Shown: in pieces, positions 29,789 through 38,642 of the stretch | How the letters are laid out: the number at the start of each line of letters is the position of its first letter | Numbering within the stretch: position 1 is the stretch's first letter | Origin: Bacteroidia bacterium | Lineage (GTDB): Bacteria > Bacteroidota > Bacteroidia > NS11-12g > UBA9320 | Direction: 5' to 3' | Assembly (NCBI GenBank): GCA_965216465.1 | Contig: CBDCFW010000006.1 | Span: 32,001 to 96,000, forward strand | Length of the DNA: 64,000 nt | Position numbers and translations under genes: made by a program | The notes under the pieces: model-generated | Databases searched by the model: none | Seen by the model: only the letters and a program-made list of their open reading frames with translations | Told to the model about the DNA's origin: nothing

Positions 29789-30997
29789 CTATTTCCTTCT
29801 AACAGATGAACTTAACTTTCTAAATATAGGGTGATAATAAATCCCTTTTATACGTTGGCTCATGCTATCTGGTTTCATCGGAAAACTTCCACTTAATAGG
29901 AGTTTCGCAATTCTTTCAGAAGGCAGGTCTTTTCTTGTTGAAGGCAAGCAGTTTTTAGCTATATATTGCTGATAATCTTGATTTTGCAACTCTCTTCCAA
30001 GCACATTTACAACAGCGACATGAAGTTCGTCTTTGTTCCTAACAAGGGTAATCACCTTTTCGTCAATTTCTAGGTTTTGATACTGCTTTTCTCCATGAGG
30101 ATTGTAGTAAATAACAGGAATATTGAAGAACAAAGCCTCATGAATCAATGAGCTAAATCGAGTGATAAGCAGTTTTGCTCCTGAAAGTTGTTCGTGTACA
30201 CTTGATGCAGAGCTGTTAATCACATTAGAAAATTTAGACAAATTGCCTTTGTCTCTAGGGTGTTGAGAAATCTGATATTCCAGATTCTGATCTTTTAAGA
30301 CATTTGTAATATCGCTTAACCATGCTTCACGTTGACTCTCAAATATGCCATAGGTAAAATTGCAATTAATTAAAACCTTATCGCCCTTACTTTGCCTTGA
30401 ATAAATGAGATGTTCATATCTCGGATTACCAGTAAGCATGGTAAGTTTTCGGTCTAGCTTTTGCAGGTAAAACGAGCCTTGTAGCATTACACTATCAGCA
30501 AAAGTCATTCGTCTGTTTTCACTAAAATCAATCATAGACTCCTGAATGCACACACTAGGAATACTGATTGACCGAGCTTGCATAATGACCCATTTAGCCA
30601 ATTTTGACCAATCGTTCAAGCAAACCAAAACATCAGGCTTAAAAGCTCTGATTTTTGATTTTGAAAAGACTTCATACGCAATCCCATCCTCATCTAACTG
30701 TTTGGCACTATTTTCCTGGTTTACAGGAGGCACAAATACTTTGAAAGAAGCTTGGTCTAGATGTTTTATAATGGGCAATGCACTTCGCACAAGAGTATCG
30801 CTTTGCAAGTAAAAAGCAACTTTGTTCTGCCTTGCAACATTCGATTGTCTTGAATCAATCTCCCATTTATATTGAGCATATGAATTTCTTATCTCCTTAG
30901 CGATTTCACCAGCGGCAGAGTCGAGCCAAATGAGTTTATCGTATTCGTGAAATAATAACGAAGCAACAGAAATATCTTGAAAGATTAGTCCTTTCAC
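29789..30997 (-). CDS. Putative GT-B fold transferase (capsule/ulosonate-transferase-like)
   Basis: TGNPRY, HPRD and SSLIHEA...IPVI resemble the HP and S(S/T) motifs of GT-B CMP/CDP-donor transferases; GTGA overlap inside the operon. Confidence 0.5.
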   Translation of the reverse strand: MKGLIFQDISVASLLFHEYDKLIWLDSAAGEIAKEIRNSYAQYKWEIDSRQSNVARQNKVAFYLQSDTLVRSALPIIKHLDQASFKVFVPPVNQENSAKQLDEDGIAYEVFSKSKIRAFKPDVLVCLNDWSKLAKWVIMQARSISIPSVCIQESMIDFSENRRMTFADSVMLQGSFYLQKLDRKLTMLTGNPRYEHLIYSRQSKGDKVLINCNFTYGIFESQREAWLSDITNVLKDQNLEYQISQHPRDKGNLSKFSNVINSSASSVHEQLSGAKLLITRFSSLIHEALFFNIPVIYYNPHGEKQYQNLEIDEKVITLVRNKDELHVAVVNVLGRELQNQDYQQYIAKNCLPSTRKDLPSERIAKLLLSGSFPMKPDSMSQRIKGIYYHPIFRKLSSSVRRK

Positions 30998-31998
30998 TCT
31001 TTAAATATAGTATTAAAGATTTTCTTCCAGACTTCGTGTTGGTTATATTCTTCTTTTATTCTGCGTTGAACCTTTTGAATGTAAGGAAGTTGCTTATCTA
31101 CATTATTCATATAGTAGATACTTTTTTCGACATACTCTTCAGGATTCATTTCTAGAACAAGGTCTGACTCATCGTAAAAATCAAGCACTCCTTCATTATC
31201 TACAACACCAAATCGACCCAGTGAGAAGACGGTCCAAAACCGATCCATAATTCCTTTTTCAACCTTCCAAGAAGTAGCATGAATTATCGGACACAGTCTT
31301 GATTGTTCTAAGATCTCAATATGCTTTTCGATCGAAACAGCTCCCAACTTGGTTCCTCTCCCTGCCAAAACAGTATTCTCTGATGAGTCAAGAACAGGTT
31401 GGAGGTAACTGTTCCATTCCTTAATATTTCCACGTGTTTCTGTGCCCCATTTGCTTCCAACAAAACCGGCATCAAATTTGAACCCGTTGATGATGGGACT
31501 TGCTTTCATTATATCCTGGTAACTCAACGTCATAGTCCCCCATGGAATCCAAAAAATGCGTTCCTTATGTTTATTAACTATTGACGCCTTTGTTGGGAAG
31601 GTATCTACATCTGATTGAGCACCGAAAGCATAGTACCGGTATCCACTATTTTCTAGGTAGTCAAGTTTCTGGTATTGTGGCCAGTGCCAGTTTTTAAAAA
31701 ACTCCAGTGGCTCATCAGTCCAATCGCGCTCGGATGCTTTGCTTCCATCAAAAGAAGTTAGCTTTTGAATAATAATACTGTCCTTATGGGGTTTGTATTT
31801 TTCAATCAACTCAATGCTATCTGGAGCGTTCCAGCAGATATACACAGCTGGTTTGCTAAAATCTATTTTGTTCGCATTTCGATGAAATGCTTCGTATCCA
31901 AGCTCTTGGAAAGTATTTTTCAGGTAATTCCAAGGCCAAAAGTTGGTATGTTTTTTCTTATAAAACGGAGGTATATATCCGACTAGGTTAATTTGCAT
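30994..31998 (-). CDS. Glycosyltransferase (Glyco_trans_1_2 / CgeB-like)
   Basis: DAGFVGS, IMDRFW and C-terminal EHT-like EEYNQ. Start placed at ATG 31998, overlapping the upstream stop. Confidence 0.65.
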   Translation of the reverse strand: MQINLVGYIPPFYKKKHTNFWPWNYLKNTFQELGYEAFHRNANKIDFSKPAVYICWNAPDSIELIEKYKPHKDSIIIQKLTSFDGSKASERDWTDEPLEFFKNWHWPQYQKLDYLENSGYRYYAFGAQSDVDTFPTKASIVNKHKERIFWIPWGTMTLSYQDIMKASPIINGFKFDAGFVGSKWGTETRGNIKEWNSYLQPVLDSSENTVLAGRGTKLGAVSIEKHIEILEQSRLCPIIHATSWKVEKGIMDRFWTVFSLGRFGVVDNEGVLDFYDESDLVLEMNPEEYVEKSIYYMNNVDKQLPYIQKVQRRIKEEYNQHEVWKKIFNTIFKE

Positions 31999-33646
31999 AT
32001 ATCTTAGTAGAGACAATTGAACCGTCAATTAGCACAATTCTTAGGACATAATATCCATTTTTAAGTTCTGGTAGAGTTGCCAAATACATGTAATGACCAC
32101 TTCGTTCTATTGAGTTTATTTCGATTGTTTGACCTAATGTATTTATTAAGTATGCATCAACAGGTTGCTTAAAGTATCTAATTACTATACTAGAGCCATT
32201 AATAGGGTTAGGATAGGCTTCTAGATTAGATCCAGGTGCTAGGTCATCAATCCCCAAAGTTATTATCTCGTCACAATACAAAGAGTCTGGGTCGTACAAG
32301 CCTCTTCCAACAACAAAGTTGTCAAGACAACCTGTGAAGTGCTGGTCAATAGTTCCGCGATTATTTCTTGCTCCAACAACAAATGGATATTCAAATTTTC
32401 CCAAATTATTTGGAACTTCATTTCGAATATCAATCTTCGTTTGTTCAACCCCATCAAGATAGGCTTTATAGGTTGACCCACTTTTTTCGAAAGCTAAACA
32501 ATGCCATTGATTATCAAAGGCATCTTTTATATCTATTACATAGCTTCTGGTATCTCCATCCTTATCTCGTAAATAAAATAGAACTCTACCAAAATGATAA
32601 ACGGAAGCATATTTGTGAAAGTCTATTGCAAGGCCTTGATCAGACCCTCCAGAATTAAAGTTACTAAACACACTAGCCAGTTTAGCGTCAACTGAATCTT
32701 GTCTAAAGTTAAACCCTATATAAAAGGAGTCAAGGCTAGAAGCTAATTCGTCTAATGTTGTCAGCTCTGTATATTCACTTCCATTCAAGCAGATCGAATG
32801 ATTATCAGAACCGTCATGACCAACCCCAAACTCTGCTCCATGATTTGTCCCATCATTAAGCCCAACTTGATCTTTGATATCCCCTCCAAAAGGGTATTTG
32901 CAAAATACACGTGGTGTCTCAGGATTCACAATTTCATCGCAATACAAAGAGTCTGGTTGATAAGCACCACGTCCAATTATGAAATTATCGATGCTTCCTG
33001 TAAAGTTATTATCAATCGATCCGCGATTATTTCTAGCTCCTATTACGAAAGGATAATCAAAACTTCCAAAGTTATCGGGACCTTCATCTCTAATCTCAAT
33101 CTTCGATTGTTCAACGCCATCTAGAAAGGCTTTATAGTTATTCCCTAATTTCTGAAAAGCTAAACAGTGCCAGTTTCCATCAAATGCTTCATCTATTTCA
33201 ATTGCATAACTTCGAGTCACTCCATCTTTGTCTCGTATGTAGAACAGAACTCTTCCAAAATGATAAACTGAAGCGTATCTATGAAAATCGATTACTAAGC
33301 CTTGTCCTGATCCAGCGGTATTGAAGTTTGAAAACAAACTTGACATTTCAGCATCAAACGAATTCTGTTTAAAGTTGAATCCTATAAAAAATGAATCTAG
33401 GCTAGAAGCAAGATCATCCAATTTCGTAAATTCTGTATAGGTACTGCCGTTTAGAGAGATTGCATGATCAGAAGACCCATCATGTCCTATTGTATAAGCT
33501 GCACCGTGGTTGCTTCCATCATTGTTTCCAACTTGATCTTCCAAATTTGCTGCAAAAGGGTATTTGCAAAAAATCTGTGCCGAAGTGTTAATAGATAATG
33601 CTAAAAAAAATATAAGTAATATTCTCATGGGGTAAAGTGTTTTCAT
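31988..33646 (-). CDS. T9SS cargo with two tandem LamG/ConA-like domains and type A CTD
   Basis: Signal peptide, two ~222 aa repeats (WHCLAF...LDG...IGA...FTG.ID) and AYPNP...NTLGQ...GYYVLRI CTD. Confidence 0.85.
   Translation of the reverse strand: MKTLYPMRILLIFFLALSINTSAQIFCKYPFAANLEDQVGNNDGSNHGAAYTIGHDGSSDHAISLNGSTYTEFTKLDDLASSLDSFFIGFNFKQNSFDAEMSSLFSNFNTAGSGQGLVIDFHRYASVYHFGRVLFYIRDKDGVTRSYAIEIDEAFDGNWHCLAFQKLGNNYKAFLDGVEQSKIEIRDEGPDNFGSFDYPFVIGARNNRGSIDNNFTGSIDNFIIGRGAYQPDSLYCDEIVNPETPRVFCKYPFGGDIKDQVGLNDGTNHGAEFGVGHDGSDNHSICLNGSEYTELTTLDELASSLDSFYIGFNFRQDSVDAKLASVFSNFNSGGSDQGLAIDFHKYASVYHFGRVLFYLRDKDGDTRSYVIDIKDAFDNQWHCLAFEKSGSTYKAYLDGVEQTKIDIRNEVPNNLGKFEYPFVVGARNNRGTIDQHFTGCLDNFVVGRGLYDPDSLYCDEIITLGIDDLAPGSNLEAYPNPINGSSIVIRYFKQPVDAYLINTLGQTIEINSIERSGHYMYLATLPELKNGYYVLRIVLIDGSIVSTKIYAN
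32261..33574 (-). repeat. Intragenic tandem duplication, 666 nt period
   Basis: Copies start at 33574 (IFCKYPF) and 32908 (VFCKYPF) and share long identical blocks such as YASVYHFGRVLFY, GARNNRG and PDSLYCDEI. Confidence 0.9.
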
Positions 33647-33650
33647 GCGT

Positions 33651-33658
33651 CAAATATA
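33651..33658 (-). promoter_or_regulatory. -7 box TATATTTG heading the LamG-to-wzx operon
   Basis: Exact TAnnTTTG match 4 nt upstream of ATG 33646. Confidence 0.55.
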
Positions 33659-33677
33659 CAAAACGAATTATAGAAAA

Positions 33678-34547
33678 TTAAGAGTCAGTGCTCAACTTTT
33701 TTAATACATTCAAAAGATCTTCTGAACTATTTTTCAAAGCAATAAAGTTTCCCCATTCGTCTGGTTTAATGTCAAATGGATATGCTTGAAGTCTTGAAAA
33801 ACTATGATTCTGACCATATTTAACAATAGGCTCCCAAATAGATGCAAAAACAGTATAACCATTTGCTATAAATAAGTCAACCATGTCTTCTTTCCCATAA
33901 GGCAAATCTTTTGTTTTACGGTCCTCAAATTCTACCAAAATAACTTCGGGAGAGCACGTATCGAAGTCAATTCCTTTTAAGACTTGATAATCTGCTCCTT
34001 CTACATCTATTTTTAAAAACTGAACAGAGTCTATCTTTTTTTCTTCAATAAAGTCTTTAAGTGCTACTGTTTTTACAATATGGCTTTTCTGATGATTATC
34101 ACTAAACTTAACAGTAGATGCTATACCTTTAGATTCTTCCGAAACAAAGAATTCCAGTTCGACACCTGATTTATCTGAAACTGCTCGATTGTCTAAATGA
34201 AATTTCGAGAAGCGTTTCTGCACTTCTTTCAAGTGTTCACTCTTATCACCATCAATATCTGGTTCAAAAGCGTAGCATGTCCAATTCTTATAGAGAAATG
34301 GCATTGAACTCTCTCCAAACATTGCACCAACATCCAACATTGTACCATTATTCTTTCCTATATAGGTGAAGATTACTTCATTTTCGTTAAAAGACTGCTT
34401 TAATTTTGACTTAAACCTAGAACTATTAACGAACCACCGTGGACGAAGGCCCCAGAATTTATACGTTGTTCTTTTAATAAACTCTGGATAGTCAAACCCA
34501 GTTACCTTAATGATCCAATTTCTCTGTTCCTTGGTAAGAATTCCCAT
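33678..34547 (-). CDS. FkbM-family methyltransferase
   Basis: LDVGAMFG, AFEP and LKIDVEGAD..VLKG. Confidence 0.88.
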   Translation of the reverse strand: MGILTKEQRNWIIKVTGFDYPEFIKRTTYKFWGLRPRWFVNSSRFKSKLKQSFNENEVIFTYIGKNNGTMLDVGAMFGESSMPFLYKNWTCYAFEPDIDGDKSEHLKEVQKRFSKFHLDNRAVSDKSGVELEFFVSEESKGIASTVKFSDNHQKSHIVKTVALKDFIEEKKIDSVQFLKIDVEGADYQVLKGIDFDTCSPEVILVEFEDRKTKDLPYGKEDMVDLFIANGYTVFASIWEPIVKYGQNHSFSRLQAYPFDIKPDEWGNFIALKNSSEDLLNVLKKLSTDS

Positions 34548-34660
34548 TGTATTTAAAAGGAAGCAAAAATAAGAGATTACTTTACTTTCTGATTATCGCA
34601 AATAAATTCACATTATCTACAACTTACTTATTTAATCAAATGAAGTACTTTTGTTTCTTT

Positions 34661-36082
34661 ATGAAGACGCTTAGACCCCTAATTTTAAAGACAATATTGC
34701 TTTCTAGCTTGTTCACGCTTCTTCTCCTCAACTCGTCAACAGTTAGTGCACAAATACCTGATTCTGGACTAATTGGACGTTACGATTTTGAAAAGAATTT
34801 TGGTGATTCGAGCGGCATTGGCAACCATGCAACAAATTCAGGAGCCAAATTTATAACAGATCGATGTTTTTATGATTCAATGGCACTTGTGTTTAACGGA
34901 ATCAATCAATACATAGACTTGGGAAAACAAGATTCGTTAAACGCATATTTAAATAACTTCACTACGGCTTTCTGGTTTAAGTCTCATCCTGGCAAAAACA
35001 ACTGGGAAAGCATCATAAAGACCATAAACAATGCCGGTACCGGAACGGTATACAGCATTGAGATAAACCGCAAACCTTCTGGATTTGAGTATGGAGTTTT
35101 TGTTGCACAGCTGCGTGATAAGAATGGAAAAACACTCTCAATGGCCTTTAAAGACTCAATAATAAACAATCTTGAATGGCATCATGTTGCGCTTGTTGTT
35201 GAAAATTCTTCTACAAACCAGTACAAACTTTATCTAGACGGAATTGAAAAACAGAAGCTATCTGGTCTTCCTGCGGGTGGCCCTTCACAGTACAACAGTT
35301 TTGACAACAATGTAGTCGCAGGAGCTAGTAATTCAAGAGGCACAATAACAAACCACTTTAGTGGAGCTCTGGATCAAATATTGCTATACAAAAGAGCTTT
35401 AGACAGTATCGAAATTGTGAACATCTACAATACAAGCTGCGACAGCATTGTGTGCACCGACACCACGTTTACAACCCATATTGATACCATTGTTTACAAT
35501 GATACTTTAATCCACACTGACACAATTCAGTATATTGACACCTTAATATTAAATGATACTATTCAGGTGCTTGATACCACTTTTATTAATATTTATGATA
35601 CAACATATATTGACATAATTGATACCATCTTTGTTGATGTATTTGACACAACCTTTGTGTCGATATTTGATACAACCATTGTAACTGTCTTTGATACGAC
35701 AGAAATAATAGTTCGTGACACTATTTGGGTTACTGATACAAACTACCACACTGTTCAAATATATGACACCGTACTAACCTCGAAATGTGATACAATAACG
35801 CTAAACTTTATTGACACCACATGCAACTCACAGTGGATAAAAATTTTACTTTATCCAAATCCCGTTAGGGATCACTTAAGTATCGAATTTGAGGAAGAGT
35901 ATTGCTTCAGCGACTATTTTGTTACAGTCTGGAATGTCCTAGGACAAAAGGTAGGAGAGTTTAATATTGATTCAAGAGTAACTAAATACCCAGTTGGCGG
36001 TCTTGCAAGAAGTACATACTTTATGCGATTATACAACTACAAAACTGGATCAGTCCGCGTTCTAAAATTTATTATTAAATAG
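34661..36082 (+). CDS. T9SS cargo: LamG domain, DT-repeat stalk and type A CTD
   Basis: ATG 34661 follows TACTTTTG (34646-34653); signal peptide, LamG (WHHVAL..LYLDG..FSGALD) and LYPNPV...NVLGQ...KFIIK. Confidence 0.85.
   Translation: MKTLRPLILKTILLSSLFTLLLLNSSTVSAQIPDSGLIGRYDFEKNFGDSSGIGNHATNSGAKFITDRCFYDSMALVFNGINQYIDLGKQDSLNAYLNNFTTAFWFKSHPGKNNWESIIKTINNAGTGTVYSIEINRKPSGFEYGVFVAQLRDKNGKTLSMAFKDSIINNLEWHHVALVVENSSTNQYKLYLDGIEKQKLSGLPAGGPSQYNSFDNNVVAGASNSRGTITNHFSGALDQILLYKRALDSIEIVNIYNTSCDSIVCTDTTFTTHIDTIVYNDTLIHTDTIQYIDTLILNDTIQVLDTTFINIYDTTYIDIIDTIFVDVFDTTFVSIFDTTIVTVFDTTEIIVRDTIWVTDTNYHTVQIYDTVLTSKCDTITLNFIDTTCNSQWIKILLYPNPVRDHLSIEFEEEYCFSDYFVTVWNVLGQKVGEFNIDSRVTKYPVGGLARSTYFMRLYNYKTGSVRVLKFIIK
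35441..35824 (+). repeat. Degenerate D-T-x repeat array (mostly 6- and 8-residue units)
   Basis: 18 D-S/T dipeptides in 128 codons, for example DTIVYN DTLIHT DTIQYI ... DTTFINIY DTTYIDII. Confidence 0.9.
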
Positions 36083-36184
36083 TTTTCTGATTGAACTTCT
36101 TATTCGAGCAGTTACTCATGTGGTGTTTGAAATCGACCAATAGTTTGAAATCTTATAAACTGTCTTTAAATTTGAAGTTGACTA

Positions 36185-38614
36185 ATGAATAAGACTGCAC
36201 TCCTTTTTTTTGCCTTAATTTTAAGCTTTGATGTATTTTCACAAATTGACACAACATTTTGGTTTGCAGCCCCAGAAGTATCTAGGCACACTTCAGATTT
36301 TGATAGACCCATATTACTCCGTCTAACGACCCTGGATCAATCAAGCACAGTCAAAGTTTCGCAACCAGCGAACAGTAATTTTAGTGAGTTAAGTTTTATG
36401 GTTGGCCAAAATTCAACACAAACTATTGACTTATCAAGCTACATTGACCAAATCGAAAGTAAGCCAGCCAATTCAACTCTTAACACTGGGATATTAATCA
36501 GATCTTCTGCTCCTATTACAGCCTATTATGAAGTGGCCAGTGCAACCTGTAATTGCAATCCGGAAATCTTTAGTCTTAAAGGAGGCAATGCCGCTGGTAA
36601 TTCGTTCTACATTCCGACTCAGGTTTACTTTGACAACTCACTTCGTTACACCCCACAAGCATATAGCTCCTTTGATATAGTTTCAACCGAAGATAACAAT
36701 GTAATTACAATAACTCCTAAAAAACAAATTGTTGGCCACAGTGCAAATCAGTCTTTTAATATAACCTTAATGAAAGGTGAGGTTTATTCTGCCGCGGCGA
36801 CATCTCATTTAGCGAGTCAACATTTGGCAGGGTCTCGTGTAACTTCATTATACCCCATATCAATTACTGTAAAAGACGATCTGCTTGAAGGTCTTGGTCA
36901 ATGTAGAGACATAGCAGGAGATCAAATTGTACCCATAGATAATATAGGGACAGAATACATTGCTGTGAAAGGATTTTTAGATGGAAACAGAGAACGTATA
37001 TCGGTAATTGCAACAGAAGACAATACCTCAGTTTATAGCAATTCGAATAGTAGCCCATTAGCGACCATTGATGCTGGCGAGGTGTATGAGGTTCTTCTGA
37101 GTCAATCTGCCACTTACATTAATACTTCTAAGCCTAGTTATGTGTGGCACACTTCTGGTTTTGGATGCGAGCTGGCAGGAGCATTACTTCCGCCCATTAA
37201 TTGTACAGGAACTTTCCAAAGTTCTTTTGTAAGAACAACACAAGATCAATTTGGTATTATCATTTTTGTAGAGAAGGCAGGTGTAGCCAATTTTTCATTA
37301 AACAACAGTTCATCATACATTCAACAATCCCATTTCTCAGCCATTCCTGGAACTTCAGATCAGTGGTATTCTGCACGTATTGAATTGTCTAATTCCGTTA
37401 TCTCAGCAGGAAGTTTAGTGAATATTAAAAATTCTACAAATCTTTTTCATCTCGGATTTATAAATGGAGTTGCAGGTTCAGGAACACGCTATGGTTACTT
37501 CTCAGACTATGCTAAAATTACTGGGAAAAATCACGCTTTATCATTCTGCGAGGATAATGAGTTAACCCTCACAACATCCAATGGTACAAATTACAATTGG
37601 AGTACAACTGAAACAACTTCGTCAATTAAGGTAAGTACGGAAGGCAAATATTGGGTCGATTATAAAATCAATGAATGTGCGGCTACAGATAGTTTTGATG
37701 TAGCCATGTATTATAGAAATGGACCAGATTTTGAAGACTCTGTGTTATGTAACAATGACTCCCTTATCCTTGACTTAAATCCAAACCAAGTTATTTTGAA
37801 TAGTGAAGGTGACACTTTGAAAACGAATTCGATTAAAAATCAAGGCACATACACTGTTCACACTGAAGGTTGTAAGAACTCAGATCAAATTAATTTAAAA
37901 TTCGAATCACCTCAAATTAGTTTAGGACCAGATACAACCTTCTGCGATTCAATAAATCTACAACTTCAGGTTAGCGATACGTTTTTAAGTTATGTATGGA
38001 ACTCTGGAAGCATAGGGAACGAAATTTTGGTTAAAAGTCCAGGCACCTATTGGATTATTGCACAAACCATTAGAGGCTGTGAATCTAATGATTCAATTAC
38101 TATTCGTCAATCTTCAACACCAAAGATTAACTTGGGTAATGACACATCAGTTTGCTTTAGCACTGGATTTTTGCTAGATGCTGGAACGAATAGCAAAATT
38201 CTATGGCAAGATGGGTCCACTAATCGTTATTTTTCTGCCCAATCAAAGGGCACGTTTCATGTTGTGGTAACAAATGACGATGGATGCATAGCATCAGATA
38301 CGATAATTATAGATGCTACTGGTGCAAATCAAACAATCCGCTTTCTTCCAAATTCATTCACTCCGGATGGTAATGGCATTAATGATTTCTTTCCATTTAG
38401 TCCTGAAAAACATCAACCAATTGATCAGTACTCATTAAAAATCTTTAGCTTCTGGGGCGAAAAACTATGGGAATCTATCGAAAGCTCTGTTCCTTGGAAC
38501 GGGATTTACCAGGGAAAAGAAGCTCAACAGGGGAATTACATGTACATTCTTTCGTGGAAAGACTGCAACAACAATTACCATTCAACAAGTGGAGTGGTGA
38601 TGTTATTAAGGTAG
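36185..38614 (+). CDS. IgGFc-binding-domain protein with Ig-like repeats and T9SS type B (gliding-motility-associated) CTD
   Basis: DTTFWFAAP start, GTEY...ATEDNT, repeated LGxDT/YxWxxG units and PNSFTPDGNGIND..W.G...G.Y.Y...G.VMLLR. Confidence 0.82.
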   Translation: MNKTALLFFALILSFDVFSQIDTTFWFAAPEVSRHTSDFDRPILLRLTTLDQSSTVKVSQPANSNFSELSFMVGQNSTQTIDLSSYIDQIESKPANSTLNTGILIRSSAPITAYYEVASATCNCNPEIFSLKGGNAAGNSFYIPTQVYFDNSLRYTPQAYSSFDIVSTEDNNVITITPKKQIVGHSANQSFNITLMKGEVYSAAATSHLASQHLAGSRVTSLYPISITVKDDLLEGLGQCRDIAGDQIVPIDNIGTEYIAVKGFLDGNRERISVIATEDNTSVYSNSNSSPLATIDAGEVYEVLLSQSATYINTSKPSYVWHTSGFGCELAGALLPPINCTGTFQSSFVRTTQDQFGIIIFVEKAGVANFSLNNSSSYIQQSHFSAIPGTSDQWYSARIELSNSVISAGSLVNIKNSTNLFHLGFINGVAGSGTRYGYFSDYAKITGKNHALSFCEDNELTLTTSNGTNYNWSTTETTSSIKVSTEGKYWVDYKINECAATDSFDVAMYYRNGPDFEDSVLCNNDSLILDLNPNQVILNSEGDTLKTNSIKNQGTYTVHTEGCKNSDQINLKFESPQISLGPDTTFCDSINLQLQVSDTFLSYVWNSGSIGNEILVKSPGTYWIIAQTIRGCESNDSITIRQSSTPKINLGNDTSVCFSTGFLLDAGTNSKILWQDGSTNRYFSAQSKGTFHVVVTNDDGCIASDTIIIDATGANQTIRFLPNSFTPDGNGINDFFPFSPEKHQPIDQYSLKIFSFWGEKLWESIESSVPWNGIYQGKEAQQGNYMYILSWKDCNNNYHSTSGVVMLLR

Positions 38615-38642
38615 ATAAATTTGGATGATTTACAAAAATTGA

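Noticed and set aside
33603-33610. A8 tract in the LamG signal-peptide coding region as a contingency locus
   Set aside because: It is short and explained by Phe/Leu codons in an AT-rich genome.
35441-35824. DT array as a CRISPR array or DNA minisatellite
   Set aside because: The repetition is at protein level with degenerate codons, and no identical DNA repeats or cas genes are present.
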